64,000 nt of DNA from Okamejei kenojei (GCA_035221665.1 CM069134.1:86862001-86926000); one strand, 5' to 3'. Positions 25,790-38,739 are shown, counted from the stretch's first letter. Notes: generated by a model from the letters alone, not told the origin. Made by a program: numbers and translations.

Positions 25790-26430
25790 GAGTGCTAGCA
25801 GTCAAAGTTCTGGACCATTGATCCATACACATGAGTTCAAATCCCACCCTGGCAGCTGGGGAATTAAAATTCAAGTAATTAAATAAAACGGGAAGATGAA
25901 AGACATAGTAACTCTCAGTAACTACGATACCTCCAGATTGTTCTGAAAACCTATATCATTCACTAATTACTTTAGACTTCAGAGATAGGGCGTGGAAACA
26001 GGCCCTTCGTCCTATCATGTCTGTGCTGACCAGTGATCCCCTGTACACTAGCACTACCCTGCACACTATGGAAATGTATAATTTACAAAACCCAATTAAC
26101 ATACGAACCTGTACATCTTTGGAGTGTGGCAGGAAACTGAAGCACCCGGAGAAAACCCACGCGATCATAGGGAGAAAGTACATTTTCCGTACAGACAGCA
26201 CCCGTGGTCAGGATCGAACATGGGTGTCTGGTGCCAGAAGCCAGCAAATCTACTGCCACGCCTCTGTGCCGCCCCTTCAAGTAATAAAATCTGCCCTTCC
26301 TAACATGAATGTGACTCCATACTCACCAATGTGGTTGGGTCTGATCTACCTCCTCAATTCAGGGGCAAATAGAGATGGATTATAAATATTGGTATTGCCA
26401 GCAATGTTCCAGTGAATATTCTTGTGAATA
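25790..26430 (+). mobile_element. Old tRNA-head SINE split by an HE1 insertion
   Basis: gagttcaaatcccacc B-box, then body that resumes after 26280 (aatctgccc..gtgactcca..caatgtggttg); related copies near 9230-9450, 28300-28610 and 55740-55980. Confidence 0.55.
25966..26277 (-). mobile_element. HE1-type V-SINE, full length
   Basis: gggcggcacagaggcgtggcagtag head through gggcctgtttccacgccctatctct tail. Confidence 0.85.
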
Positions 26431-27699
26431 AATAAATATTCTAAATTCCTCATTAATAACTGATGTAAACAAATAGTAAAGTTTTCTATTTGAGAACCTC
26501 TGCCCTTACTAAAATGCAGCACAAACACTTCCACATTTGTTAGTTTTAATAGAGAAGATTTGATTTTTACAGGGGATTGCTTCTATTACGCTGCATCTCT
26601 ATTTGTCTGTGCCACCCGCATACGAAACAGAATTGATTTTAGTGGGGTAAAAATCAATTGAGTTCATTCCTTCCAGAAGACACTTTGCTGAAAGTTAATT
26701 ATTGATTTGTGTGAGTGAAAAAGTTAAATAGTTTGGAATCTGTCATCTCTGGAGTTTTGTTTCCATCTGTTGCCATTGTGAAATAGGGGCTCATTCCATT
26801 ACAGATGGTTAAGTGGTTATGATTAAAGAGAGTTTTAAATTTGTGCTGGTTGGGCAAAAACTGAGTGATTATAAAATTACCAGTGGTATGCTTAAACTTA
26901 TACTACAGGGAGGCACTTGCAGCACAATAAGATCTACTCAGAGGAACTAATTAAATGCAATTATGTGTTAATATTAAAAAACAATTACTTGTATTTATAT
27001 AACTCTCTGTGTGGTTAGCTGGGGACTCCATGGATGGTGTTCTCACCTTATGGTTCTAGGTTTAAATTCCAGTCCACAGATTTGAGCAGAAAACCTGCAG
27101 CTGATACTCCAAGTGTAACTTGAAGGGAGTGTTGCATGGTTGAAGTTGCTGTCATGTGGACAAGATGTTAAGCTCAGGCTCTGCCCATTGTGGGGTTGAA
27201 ACATTTGAAGAACTGGAGTATCTTCCCCAGTGTTTCAGCCAATATAAATCCCCCTACTAACATTTCTAAAGCAATTTTGCACTGGTGTTTGAGGCAACTT
27301 GCTCTGTGCATTTTGGCTGCTACATTTCCTATACTACAGCGGTGTCCACAACATCACAGCTCTAAGGTGTTTTGGGAGAGCCTGGAACAGATTTGAAAGT
27401 TGTTGCAAAAATGCAAGCCTTTCCATCTTTTGCACCATTTTTAATGAAGTAATAGGGCACTTCCTACATATTTACAACCTGGTGGATATGCTGAAGAGTT
27501 GTGCCAGGTGTGGAAATAGGGTCGTACAAGACATTTGCATTTTCCTTGGTCCCTACATTCAGTGCAATTAAATCTGTGAACCTCAGGTATGCTGTCCCCT
27601 TGAGGAAGATGCCTTTGGGTGAGGGAGTGGGAAACCCTATGAAAGACAGAAAGCAAGGAACATGTATTTTCTACAGCACCAAATAATGTTGTCCATGAC

Positions 27700-28070
27700 T
27701 GAATTAGCAAAATTAGTTGAGTGTGCAGGTTCCAGTGAGTGACATGTGATTGGTGTTGTCACTTGATAGTCAAGGGTTGCCGTTCGTTTAATTTTGTTAA
27801 TAATAGGTAAACAGAAACAAATTCACCAAAATGCAATGAGTGCATAAATCATGTGATTGTGATCAAAGTATTTAGAATGATGGCCTTAACAAAATTGCCT
27901 TTGTTGATATCAATGCTGGAAAAAATGTGTTACATTTTGGAGCAGTTTTCATTACTTTTCATTAAATGGATTCAATTTGCAAACAATTAATGAATGAGGA
28001 GAAGAAATCTAAGTTTGAGGGGTCATTATGTGGTCCCATTGTGAGTTTGGCAGTTCATTAATAATAGGTA
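27700..28070. promoter_or_regulatory. Candidate conserved non-coding element
   Basis: Repeat-free; GTAAACA, CATAAATCA, CCTTTGTT, ATCAAAG and CAATTAAT motifs. Confidence 0.4.
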
Positions 28071-29547
28071 GAGTTGTATTTTGCTTATTGCTGGAATTTT
28101 CCTCAGCCTTCAAATCCAACTACTCCCCCTTACACAAGCATAATTTTCCCTTTCTTTAAAAACCGGGACAGGCTCGAACATTTAAAAAGAATCATTAATA
28201 TTCTGGAAACGTTAATAATGATTTTTCAGTTGATCATTGCATGGCCAGTAGAATTTCATCACTGCATGGGTTTAAATTTTTTCTATTATTTATTATTTAT
28301 AGGATGTTGATATTACTGGCAATGCTTGCATTTATTGTCTATTGCTTATTCCTCTTGAATTGAGAAAGAGTTTAAGAGGCAGTCACTAAGGTGTGGGTTT
28401 TTGGAGTCACATGCAGTCCAAATAGGGTAAGAATAGCAGATTTCCTTCCTTGGAGAACATTCAAACCCAATGGGCTATTGCGACAATCCACTGGTTACTG
28501 TTACAAATGGTTTTTTTTTAAAATCCAGATTGATTTAGCTACCTGCATTGAAATTCCCCGTGGCAGGATTTGAACTTGAGTCTCTGAATCAATGGTTCAC
28601 ACCTCTGGCTATTTAGCTGTTTCACAGTCCTGTTGGGTTATATTCTTCTCATGTGCACTCCTACATTGCAGCGGTGTCTATACTTGGTAGGTACTTCAAA
28701 AGAATTATTGCCTGGAAATTCATCCCTGCTCATTAATGCTAAATTCCCTACATAGTAGCATCATCACGCTCAATTCTACCTCTGAAATCGTTTCCATTAA
28801 AGTCAATGGAATGTATCAGAGGGAGGGAAGGAGGTGCTGATGCTACTCTGTGGCATGATTAGTTGCAACGAGCTGGGATGAATTTTGAGGCAATAATTAT
28901 CTTGAAGTGCTTCCCAAGCGTAGCCATAGTTGCAGTACAGGAGGTTATGCTTGAACACTATCACCCAATGGCATTCATTCATACTGGGGGGTTTCCCGTT
29001 TTCAAGAGAGAGTTAGATTTAGTTCTTAGCGCTAAGGGACTCAAGGAATATGGGGAAAAAGCCAGAACGAGGAACTGATTTTGGATGATCAGCCATGATC
29101 ATATTGAATGGCGTTGCTGGCTCGAAGGACCGAATGGACTACTCCTGTACCTTGTTTCTATGTTTCTATGTTTATAAGCCTATGAGTGTATATTACGAGC
29201 GGGAGTAGGCCAGTCGGCTGCTCAATCCTGCTCCACCCTTTCATAAGATCAAGACTGTTTTGATTGTAACCTCAACGCCGCATTCCAATCTACTTGCAGT
29301 CACTCTTCATCGGTTTGTTTAACAAGAATCTATCTTCCTCTGCCTTAAAAATATTCAAAGACTTGCATTGTGCTTTGAGAAGAGAGTTTAGAAACTCATG
29401 AACCTGCAGGTTACTGTACTCTGATTAATTTTCCATGGGTGGGCCTCTGAGGATTATGAACAGACCTTTCATCTAATCCTCTAGAATCCCTGGATAATAT
29501 AATCTAGAAGCTCCGAAAGTCCCAGAAAACTCTATATACTGACAGAT

Positions 29548-29682
29548 GTTCTGAAGAAGGGTCCCAACCCAAAACATCACCCATTCTTTCTCTCCAGAGA
29601 AGCTGCCTGTCCCGCTGAGTTACACCAGCATTTTGTGTCTATCTTTGGTTTAAACCAGCATCTGCAGTTCCTTCCTACCCAA
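29548..29682 (+). mobile_element. Penelope-derived short element
   Basis: CTGAAGA at 29551 plus family body. Confidence 0.75.
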
Positions 29683-30537
29683 CATTTTATTGTTTACTCC
29701 AGAACTGAAAGCAGCATTCTTTCCTCTGAATCTGATGGTCCTGAGTTCAAATCCTGGTATCAGCAATCATAAGATCATTCTTGTGTTGGGTGTAGAATGT
29801 TGTACAGTTGGAAGCGCTGCCTTCCAGATGAGACATTAAAATCTAAACCCCAAATAACAGCCAGCTGGATATAAAAGATCCTGTGGCCCATTTTTCGCAT
29901 AAGTGCACCTGAGTTTCATAAGTTCATAAGTTTTAGAAGCAGAATTAAGTCATTCGGCCATTCAATCATGGCTGATCTAACTTTCCCTCTCAACCCGATT
30001 CTCCTGCCTTCTCTGCATAACCCCTGACACACTTACTAATCAAGAATCTGTCAATCTGCACCTTAAAAATATCCAATGACTTGGCCTCCACAATCATCTG
30101 TGGCAATGAATTCCACAGATTCACCACTCTCAATATTCTGCCCAATAGTTAGGCCTTCATCAATAACAAATGAAAGTGTATTGCCTGATCAGCATCTCGT
30201 TGCTATTTGTGGGAGCTTGCTCTATGTAATTTGGCTGCTAGGTTTCTTTCATTGCAAATAGCTACATCAGCACTTTTTTGGGCATGAAGAGATTGGTAAA
30301 AGTGTAATGTACTCACAAACGTTTTCTATCGAGTGTCAAGGCTCTTACTATATTTGGTTATTTCTAAGGCTTTTCATACCCACTGATTGTGGAGATTGAC
30401 AATCCAGGGATATTGGGCATTGGTCACAATGGAGCCACTACGCTCGTTCAGGTTGCAGGCCTTTTTTCAATTGGTTCTGGGGACTCTAGACTCTCTCTCT
30501 TTCTGGGCTTTTGGCTTCTTCCCTGGATGCTCCACTG

Positions 30538-31730
30538 GGCACAAAGTGCTGGAGTAACTCAGCAGGTCAGGCAGCATCTCAGGAGATAGGTACCGTTTCG
30601 GGTCGAGACCCTTCTTCAGAGGGTTTATTTGAAAGAGTTCTTGGTGAAGTGATGGAACAGAACAGATAGGATCTCCTACCTCCAACTTTTTAGTTTGGTT
30701 AGGTTTAGAGATACAGCGCGGAAAAAAGCTCTTCAGCCCACCGAGTCCGTACCGACCACTGTTATATACACACCAGGGACAGTTTACGATTATACCAAGC
30801 CAATGAACCTACAAACCTCTACGTCTTTGAAGTGCGGGAGGAAACCAAAGATCTCGGAGAAAACCCACATGGTCACGGGGACCCGGGTCTCTGCTGCAAG
30901 CGCTGTAAGGCAGCAACTCTATGTCTGCGCCACGTGCCGCCCTTTCGTCTACAGTCTTCAGCCTCCCTTGTATGCTTCTGGGTTCCTTGTCCATCCTTTT
31001 GACCTCTCTCCATAGACTTCCTTTTGGGCTGTCACAAGGCCCTCAGCCTTACTGTTTATCCATCCAATACCGGAGCCCAGACACGCCTGCAGCCGCCCCC
31101 CTCAGCCCAACTAATCACCTCCCTAGACTGGAACAGTGATTGGCAACGTACCAAGGGATGTGTGTTGAGCAATCAAGATTCACGGGCATAAAACATCCCA
31201 CTGACAGGAATGAATGATGTGATTCAATTGTGGTAAAAAATCTAAAATATATTTATATTGCTTAAGATATTTTAACCCTGGAATCTAACACAGTGACTGG
31301 TATTTACATACCATTGCAATTAGTAAAAGTAAATATGAATCTCTGCAATTTGCCTGCTCCTTAGCTCAAATGTATTTTTCTTTGATTCATCTCATAATTG
31401 TTTTAGGCCTTAGTTATCTCCTATCTCTTGACCAATTATCCATTCTTTTCAGTTGATATATTCTCTGCTCTCTCTCAGTCCTCGTAGTCAATGAGCTATT
31501 TCTTTGGCTGTCTATCTCATTCAGTGTGATAACCTGTCCTCTTGGTTCAGGTTACTCAGTAGTCCAAATTGGTCTGTTTCCATATACCCTGTCTCATCTC
31601 TTCACCAAGAACTCTTTCAAAGCAACCCTCTAATGTCCGAAGAAGGGTCTTAACCTGAAATGTTACCTATCCATTTTCTGTAGAGATGCTGCCTGACCAG
31701 CTGAGTTACTCCAGCACTTTGTGTCCTTTT
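30538..31730. repeat. About 130-bp inverted repeats enclosing about 0.9 kb
   Basis: PLE arms extended by a further shared about 45 bp (agagggtt..tttgaaagagttcttggtgaag.gatg) at 30618-30660 and 31590-31631. Confidence 0.65.
30690..30945 (-). mobile_element. HE1-type V-SINE, internally deleted
   Basis: Head and tail motifs of HE1. Confidence 0.8.
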
Positions 31731-31800
31731 CTCTAATATTCTCTGTTCTACTAAAACAGTCATGAGCCCCCTAGGGAAGAAATACAATCCTAGTCCTGGT

Positions 31801-31930
31801 CTTCTTCTTCTTCTTGCACAGCCTAAAGTTGTAGGTCCTTGTTCTATTTGATCTATTTGTTTGTGCACGTCGGGTTATTTGCTTTAGTCGAAACAGGGTG
31901 GACCACGTGAAGGTTGCAATATCCCACCCC
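31801..31930 (-). mobile_element. 130-bp ribozyme-headed retroposon with (AAG)n tail
   Basis: Perfect 12-bp TSD CCTAGTCCTGGT at 31789-31800 and 31931-31942; 3' (aag)n tail; no pol III A/B boxes recognised. Confidence 0.85.
31876..31930 (-). ncRNA. Minimal HDV/CPEB3-like self-cleaving ribozyme fold
   Basis: GGGGUGG(P1) GA UAUUGC(P2) A ACC(P3) UUCACGU(L3) GGU(P3') CCACCCU(P1', G1.U wobble) GU UUCG A C UAA A GCAAAUA(P2'); catalytic-position C at 31887. Confidence 0.75.
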
Positions 31931-32479
31931 CCTAGTCCTGGTAAAAGTGAACAAAAATCACAACTTGTTCACTCATGGCCTTTTTCAAAGAAAAACTCAG
32001 CTTTACATCTTTCACAATCTTTCTGAAGAGTGGTCTCAGTTCTATTGTGGGAAATGCAGCAGTATATCTGTCACAGAAAGATACCACAAGCAAACAAAGC
32101 AATAGTGCCCCAATCATCTGATTAAGTGATATTGTTTGAGGATTTCACTTGTTCCCTCATCTGCAAACTATTGGAAGTTGCAGCAAAAGTAATTTAGTTT
32201 TGTAGTCCCACTCCACTGGTATTATCAGTCTTGGAAGGAAGTAATGGGCTTACGTTTGTCAGTGAAAAATACATCATGGTAACAAGAGGTATTCATGCAG
32301 TGAGGCAGGAAGAATGCATTCTCTGTTAACAAATCTGAGTCAATTCCTCATGCAAATCCTGAGAAAGCTGAGCTAAACTCTGGGCTCAAGGTGGGAATAT
32401 TTAAAGAGGTAAAAATAAAAAAGGCATTGAGATTCCCTCCTATCCCTTTTTTATTCCTAAAACAATCCTTAAATCGCAA

Positions 32480-32965
32480 GAGAAGACGCAGAGTTCTGGA
32501 GCAGCTCATTTGGTCAGACAGCATCTCAGCAGAACATTGATGAGCGTCCTTTTCGGTGGGACCCTTCTTCAGACTGTTTGTGAGGGGGTGGTGGGAAAGA
32601 AAGCTGGAAGAGAGGAAGGTCAGGACGAAGCCTGCAGGTAATAGGCCGACAGGTGAGGAGGGTTATTTGAAAGGCAGACGGTTGGACAAAGGTCAGAGAT
32701 GAAAAGACAGAAGGTGTAAGACAAACGGAGTTGTGAATTGTGAAGCTCGAGAAAAGGAATGTAGGTGGAAAGGGAAGGGGAGGGAAGAAATAGGTGCGAG
32801 TTCTGATGGCATATGGGGAAAGGGTGGGGGGAGAAGAGGAAGGTATGGAGGATAAGAAGGGAGAGGGGAAAGGTTATGTACTTTCCTAAATTGGAGAATT
32901 CAATGTTCATACTATTGGGTTGTAGGCTGCCCAAGTGGAATGTGAGATGTTGTCCCTCCAGTGTG
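32480..32965 (-). mobile_element. Penelope-like element 3' end with pseudo-LTR
   Basis: LE.QHL.F.LGSLQPN.MNIEFSN (end of the GIY-YIG ORF), pyrimidine-rich UTR, CTGAAGA..GAAA. Confidence 0.75.
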
Positions 32966-33484
32966 CATGTGGTCACATCCCTTGTGGGATTTTGTCCCTC
33001 TCCTTTGCTACAGCGCCACTCCTTGTTTTCTCTCCAGTTTGCTTGTTAACTCGGTTTGATGGCGAGAAAAGGAAATTGCTGCAAACAAGTCACCAAAGGC
33101 TGCCCTTCTAGTGAAAAGGAAAATCAGAGACCAGCATCTCAGGATTGAGTTGACCTGTGATTCTTTTTGCTCCCATATAGCCCATAATCTTGACCCGGCT
33201 ATTGTTGCCTGTTGGCAAGGTGTAGGAGGTCTATTATATGTGCAGCATGAATTGCAACAATCAAGCAGAGGTGTGCTTGGGATATGATGGGGTTTAGTTC
33301 AGTTTAGTTTAGTTCCCATGACTTTGCACGCGTGAGCATCCTTCACAATTTAAATAATTATAGGAGGAGGGGGTCTGTTCCTGCTACTTTGTCTTTGCCT
33401 ACCACTGCTTTTTAGGGAAGGTAAATGGTACACAAAACAAGTGATTGAAGAATTCCATTAATGACAATCACAATCTGTATTAGT

Positions 33485-33830
33485 ACAGCACAGTGGCACA
33501 ACTGGTAGAGCTGCTGCCTTACAATGCCAGAGACCCCGGTTCGATGCTGTCCTCGGGTGCTGTCTGTGTGGAGTTTGTACATTCTCCCTTTTATCACATG
33601 GGTTTCCTCCAGGTGCTCCGGTTTCTTCCCACATTCAAAAGATGTATGGGTTTGTAGGTTAATGTGCCTCTGTAAATTGCGCTTAGTATGTAGGGAGTAG
33701 CTGTGAAGGAAGTAGATGTGAAAGTGGGATGACTAGAAGTAGTGTGAAAGAATGATTGATGATCGGCATGGACTCCGTGGGTCAGACGGTCTATTGCCAT
33801 GCTGTACCTCTCAACTAAACTGAATTAAAC
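33485..33830 (+). mobile_element. HE1-type V-SINE, full length
   Basis: cagcacagtggcacaactggtagagctgctgccttacaatgccagagaccccggttcgat head; aactaaac tail. Confidence 0.85.
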
Positions 33831-34389
33831 ATGTACAATTCATTAGTATAAATCACCCACGTCCTTAGAAATGTATTTTAGTTCAGATGCATGTTTATGC
33901 TTATATGTTTATCAGTAAGAATTGAATTGGTGGGTCGAAGGCCTGTTTCCATGCCATATCTTTCAATTATTTATGAAATCATATAAATGCAGTAAAATCA
34001 ATTCCATTCAGCCCAGCGCAGTTCACGCCACTAGCAATTATGTTCCATCCAAACTTCTTCCTGTCCTTCTTCCTCCAAAGCTGTCAATGTGACACCCTTT
34101 TCTTTCACATGCCGATCCAGCCTCCCAGTAAGTGTCTGCACCGTGGGCATGAAATGTGGCTCACAGTCGGTCGTCAGTGTGGGATAGATTGCCAACGATT
34201 TGCTGTACACCCACGGGTTGCCCCAACACTGAACCTTCTTATCGCTGCTACACAAGAGTGCGCTGAACCAGTTGATGGCCGACACTCAAGATACTTGTGC
34301 AATAGCTTGTTCCAAGGTGTTGGAAGAGTGTGGAAATGGACGCAGCACCAGGAGTGAACGTGCCACTTAACTGGGTGGGTGACGAGCAG

Positions 34390-35130
34390 AGATCAGCTCT
34401 GGAGCTTGTTAATTACGAAACCCATTAATATTTTATTAGCCTCTTATCAGTAATGAATCTACCACTTTGATGTAAAGTTCTCCTTACAAAAGCACAAGGA
34501 AATTGTCCCTCAGAAATAAACCTGCCTTCACCAACAGTTGGATTTCACACTATTGGGGTTAATTCCCCTGAGAAGTAAAGGATGTTTTATCAAAAGAAAT
34601 CAAATGATACTGTTGAAAGATCTTAGTGACATGAAGCTAAGCAAAATATGTTCAGTTGCATGATGCAAATGAAAATGCAAAACAGAATGCTCTTGCACAG
34701 TAAATATTATCATCTTTAGTCATTCATTAATTAAGTTGCTTAATTGCAGCTGTCAAACGACCCTTGAGTTTGCAATTGGGCTTGTTGCGCTGTTGCTCTG
34801 ATTTCTGCTCGTGGAGAAATATTGTATCGTTTGTTCTTCCTTTAGATCTGGAGACTAGAGAGAGATTCACACAGAGCCACAGCATTTGAAGCTCTTCATA
34901 GAGAAACTAGCAGAGTTTACACAGCCGAGATCATTTACAATAAAAAAAAACAAAAATGGCCAATTTTATGAAACCCATCAGGTTTTATTTCATTGGCTGA
35001 TTGATATGCCTTCAGCTGAGTATTATCATTTTAGTCACTCATCTAACTGGTGCTGTATAAAATCCATTTTTATGCAAAGTCGTTCCTCTTTAATGTAGTT
35101 CCCATGAGGGGTCTACATAATGGAAATAGA
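34390..35130. promoter_or_regulatory. Strong candidate conserved non-coding enhancer
   Basis: Long repeat-free block; TAATTA, TTAATTAA 34727, CTGTCA 34750, TTTATG, TGATTGAT 34998. Confidence 0.5.
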
Positions 35131-36042
35131 CTCAAGCCTTTGTGAATCCTCTTTGTTATAAATGTTTTTATTTTCCTTTTTATAGGATTTATACATTATT
35201 TTTGTCTATTTTATTCCTGTTGGAGATCTCTTGGGGAAAGTGTATGTACAGAAAGGCCTGTTCACTACCACTACCCAACCCCCAGATGGTAGTAACCTAT
35301 GGTAATCTCTCCGGCTAACTGAGTTTATGTGTGAGGGTACAAGTGACAGCAGTCTGGCCCAGAAACTCTCTCTGTTCTTACTGTTGTAGTTAAGGAGGCT
35401 GTAGGCTTCGCTGGTCGCTAGGCCCCTGTGGGGTCACACAACAGCGTTTGCCTGGGTTGAGACAAAGGTCGGCGGGGTGAGAGAAAGTTCAGCGAGAAGT
35501 TGACTGATTGTAACCGTGAGACGTCTAGACCCCGGAAAAGTCACTGGAGGTTCAGATTGCTACAGAAAGTGCGTCTCAGCAGCCAGCAACCATTGATGAA
35601 TAGGCCTCTGCCCTTGTGTGGACAAGGAGGGCTACCGCTAGCTCATTTTAGCACAGTGGCTGAAAGATTCTCTGCTTAGACAGATGTGCTGCCAAGTTTA
35701 GCTGCTAAAGATCAGTTGCCACCCAGTGTGAAAAAGAACTACTGTACCTGGAAGATAAATGAAAAGCAATGAAAATATGCAGAAATGACTGCGTGTTACT
35801 TTCTTTCTATTACTGGAGGAAATAAATTAATAATCCAGCCCTCTCATTGACAGAGGGGGGACTCTCCACAATGGAAAATAAAATGCAAACCTTTTTAATA
35901 ATAAAGTTGTGGATTAGATTATTTCTGGGACTGAGAGCGTGCTTTTTCCAGTACAGTGCAAGCATGTATAGTTTAAACTTGTCTAAAATCAGCCTCCTGG
36001 TTGTTTGCAGATAGCTTTTAAATTAAGAACAGGAAAGCACAT

Positions 36043-36295
36043 TTGTGTGTGTGTGTATGTGTGTGTATGCGTGCACGCGTGTGCATGTTCATGCGTGTAT
36101 TGGTCTGTGTGTTTTGTCATGATCCAAATGCTTTTATGTTTGCATTGTGTCTGTGCGTGTGTGCCTGCCTGTGTTTGTGTTGTGTGTGTGTCTGTCTGTG
36201 CCTGTGTGTGTATGCCTGCCTATCTGTGTGTTTGTGAAAATGTGTGTATCTGTTGTGTGCGTGAGCATGTTGTGTCTGCTTCTGTGCACTTTTGC
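36043..36295. repeat. Degenerate (TG)n microsatellite
   Basis: Direct inspection. Confidence 0.9.
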
Positions 36296-38739
36296 ACACA
36301 TCGACAATGTTGTTGCTGTGGATCCAGAATTTTTCTTGGACCTAAAACCAGGAACAAAGTCACTTTCAGATAATCAATAATTTAGAAATTAGTTCTTGGT
36401 CGCTTGCGTTAAACATGTAATAGCACAAATTACTCACTTTTGGACTTGAGGAAGCAGAGTACAATATGTAGACAGGGCATGTTTTGTGTGTGTGTGATGC
36501 AAGGGGGCAAAAATAAATCTCTGTCCCGAGTGTTTTGTCAATGCTTATCCTCTCTGTTAATTTTGCCGTGGCTACAATATTACATTTGGGTGGTGTAGGA
36601 TTGTAGGGACCAGAACTTGCTGACATTCTAAGGCCACTCATTGTTACTACTATATAAATCATTAGTGAAAAGACAGGGAAGGGAACAAGTCAAGGAAAAT
36701 CTGCAGATGCCTCTCTGGCCCGATGGATAATGTCACAGATGCATGTGCTAGTTTGCATTGGAATTTGAACAAAATTGGACTTAATATTGTCTAATGGTGG
36801 AAAAGCAACTAATTGTAGGAACTGCAAGCTGCAACAGAGTCTTGGACACTGTTCCTGACTGTCATTGGGGCCTCATCCTCTGAGTCTCATGATTTCTCTC
36901 AACTTGTTGAACTAATTCCTCATTAAACTTGTCATAAAACGTTGAGTAAATAACAGTGTGGCTTATGGCATTATTGTTATTGATTGCTAGTTTCCCTGGC
37001 CCAGATAGTGATTAACTCTGGAGACATTCTCCTTTATTCTCTAAAATTTTCAGAAGGTTTTCAAAATGCTAGATTTTAGAAGTAATTGTTTCTTCCAATT
37101 CTGATGGGTTTTTTCATTCCTTTCTTTCACTCACTTTGCTTTTCTTTCTGTATTTGATTTAAGACTAAATTCACCACGGAATTCTGTTTTGTTTGTCAGA
37201 GTCCTAGATTGATTTATTGAAAGATACAGCATGGCAGATACAGAGGCCACCAGGCAGCACCTTCATTGAACCCGAGTCCTTGGCATTGTACCATATCATG
37301 CAAGGAAACACAGTGACCATCAACCACGAGGCCTTCATGTCAACCAAGCTGCCTTCCAGCGCTAGTCCCTGGTGTCTAAATGGTTTTTAAATGTTATAAT
37401 TATACTTTACTACTTCCTCTGGATGTACGAACCACTATCTGTGTGAAAAGGTTCTGAAGTCTACTTTAAATCTTTCTCCTCTCTTAAATCTGTGCCCTCT
37501 AGTTTTAGACTTTATGATGCATTCTATAACAGACATGAATATAACTATATTCCTCAATATCCAGGAATATCAGGCCCAGGAAATGTATCTACCTTCATAC
37601 GCCTCATGTCCAGTCCCTCCTTGACTGTAAAACGGATTGTCCTCAAGGCATCTCTGTTAACTGTTCCAAGTTTCCAAATCTTCCTGTCTTTCTCCATGGT
37701 AAAATCATAGAAATACTCATTGAGGACCTACAATTCCACAGGGAGATGACTGCTTTAGTTTCTGAGGAGCCCTATTATCGCTCGTTAGCATCTTTCCCTT
37801 TGGATTTTTTCCTTAATATTATCTGTAAGAGCTTTTTTCCTGCCCGTTTTTTGCCCCACTTATCTCTTTCAAAGTTTGCCCCTATCACCTTAAAAGTATG
37901 TCCTCTAGTTTTTGATTTTTGCATCCTGAGAAAAAGATTCTGACTATCTTGATCAGTCTGCAGAAGTGTCATGACCCGAAACGTCACCCATTCCTTCTCT
38001 CCAGAGATGCTGCCTCTTCTGCTGAGCTGCTCCAGCATCATCTACCTTCTGACTATCTACCCTATCTATGCCTTTCGTAATTTTATATACTTCTATCAGG
38101 TCTTTCCGCAACCTCCAGGGTTCCAGAGAAAACTTTGAAATTGCAATGTTGAAACTGGCCATTCAGCCCAACATGAACTTTCTCCAACCCCTCACCATCT
38201 CACTTCATTGGCTTCTCCTTCGCTTCCTTTCTCCCTAAGGCACATATTTAGCTTCCCTTTCAATCCTCTTTAAAACACATACTTTATCTTTGAACTGAGA
38301 AAATGGCCATGTTCCTTCTTGAACGTCAGGCTTCCTGTTGCGTTTTGATTTTGATGAAAGCTGTTGAGAGAAAAGACGTTTCCCTTAGCAACTTTACCCA
38401 TTGTTAATGTGCAGAAGCATCAGCATCAAACATAGGCTTTTAAAATAATCGCTGGCAAATGCTTTCCTAGATATGATCACTGGTGTAGCTGACAAATAGA
38501 CTGGTATTTCAATGGTGATGAGCTTGTGACTTTTTGTTTATGTCTGTCACAGAGGCAGATGTACTCACCAACTGAGAATGTGGATACCAGTGTACTTACT
38601 TCAGTCATAAGCTTTTGATTTCTCTTTGATTTATTCCAGTGTTTCCTGCAAAACTAGGAACTGAGAAGGCACAGGGAAATAAAAAAGATTGGTTTAAATG
38701 AATGTTTGTCAAGGGTAGGATATAATATCCATGAATGGA

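Noticed and set aside
33485-33560. tRNA gene (also other A/B-box heads)
   Set aside because: tRNA-derived SINE heads continuing into the HE1 body; no full cloverleaf
34031-34357. Overlapping ORFs on both strands
   Set aside because: No recognisable protein similarity; consistent with chance
35394-35452. Possible second HDV-like ribozyme (ggaggct...ggcccctgt)
   Set aside because: P1 has a mismatch, P3' is not contiguous with P1', and no convincing P2 or J4/2
36005-36380. Cys/Val-rich ORFs (also 60078-60327)
   Set aside because: Translations of TG microsatellites
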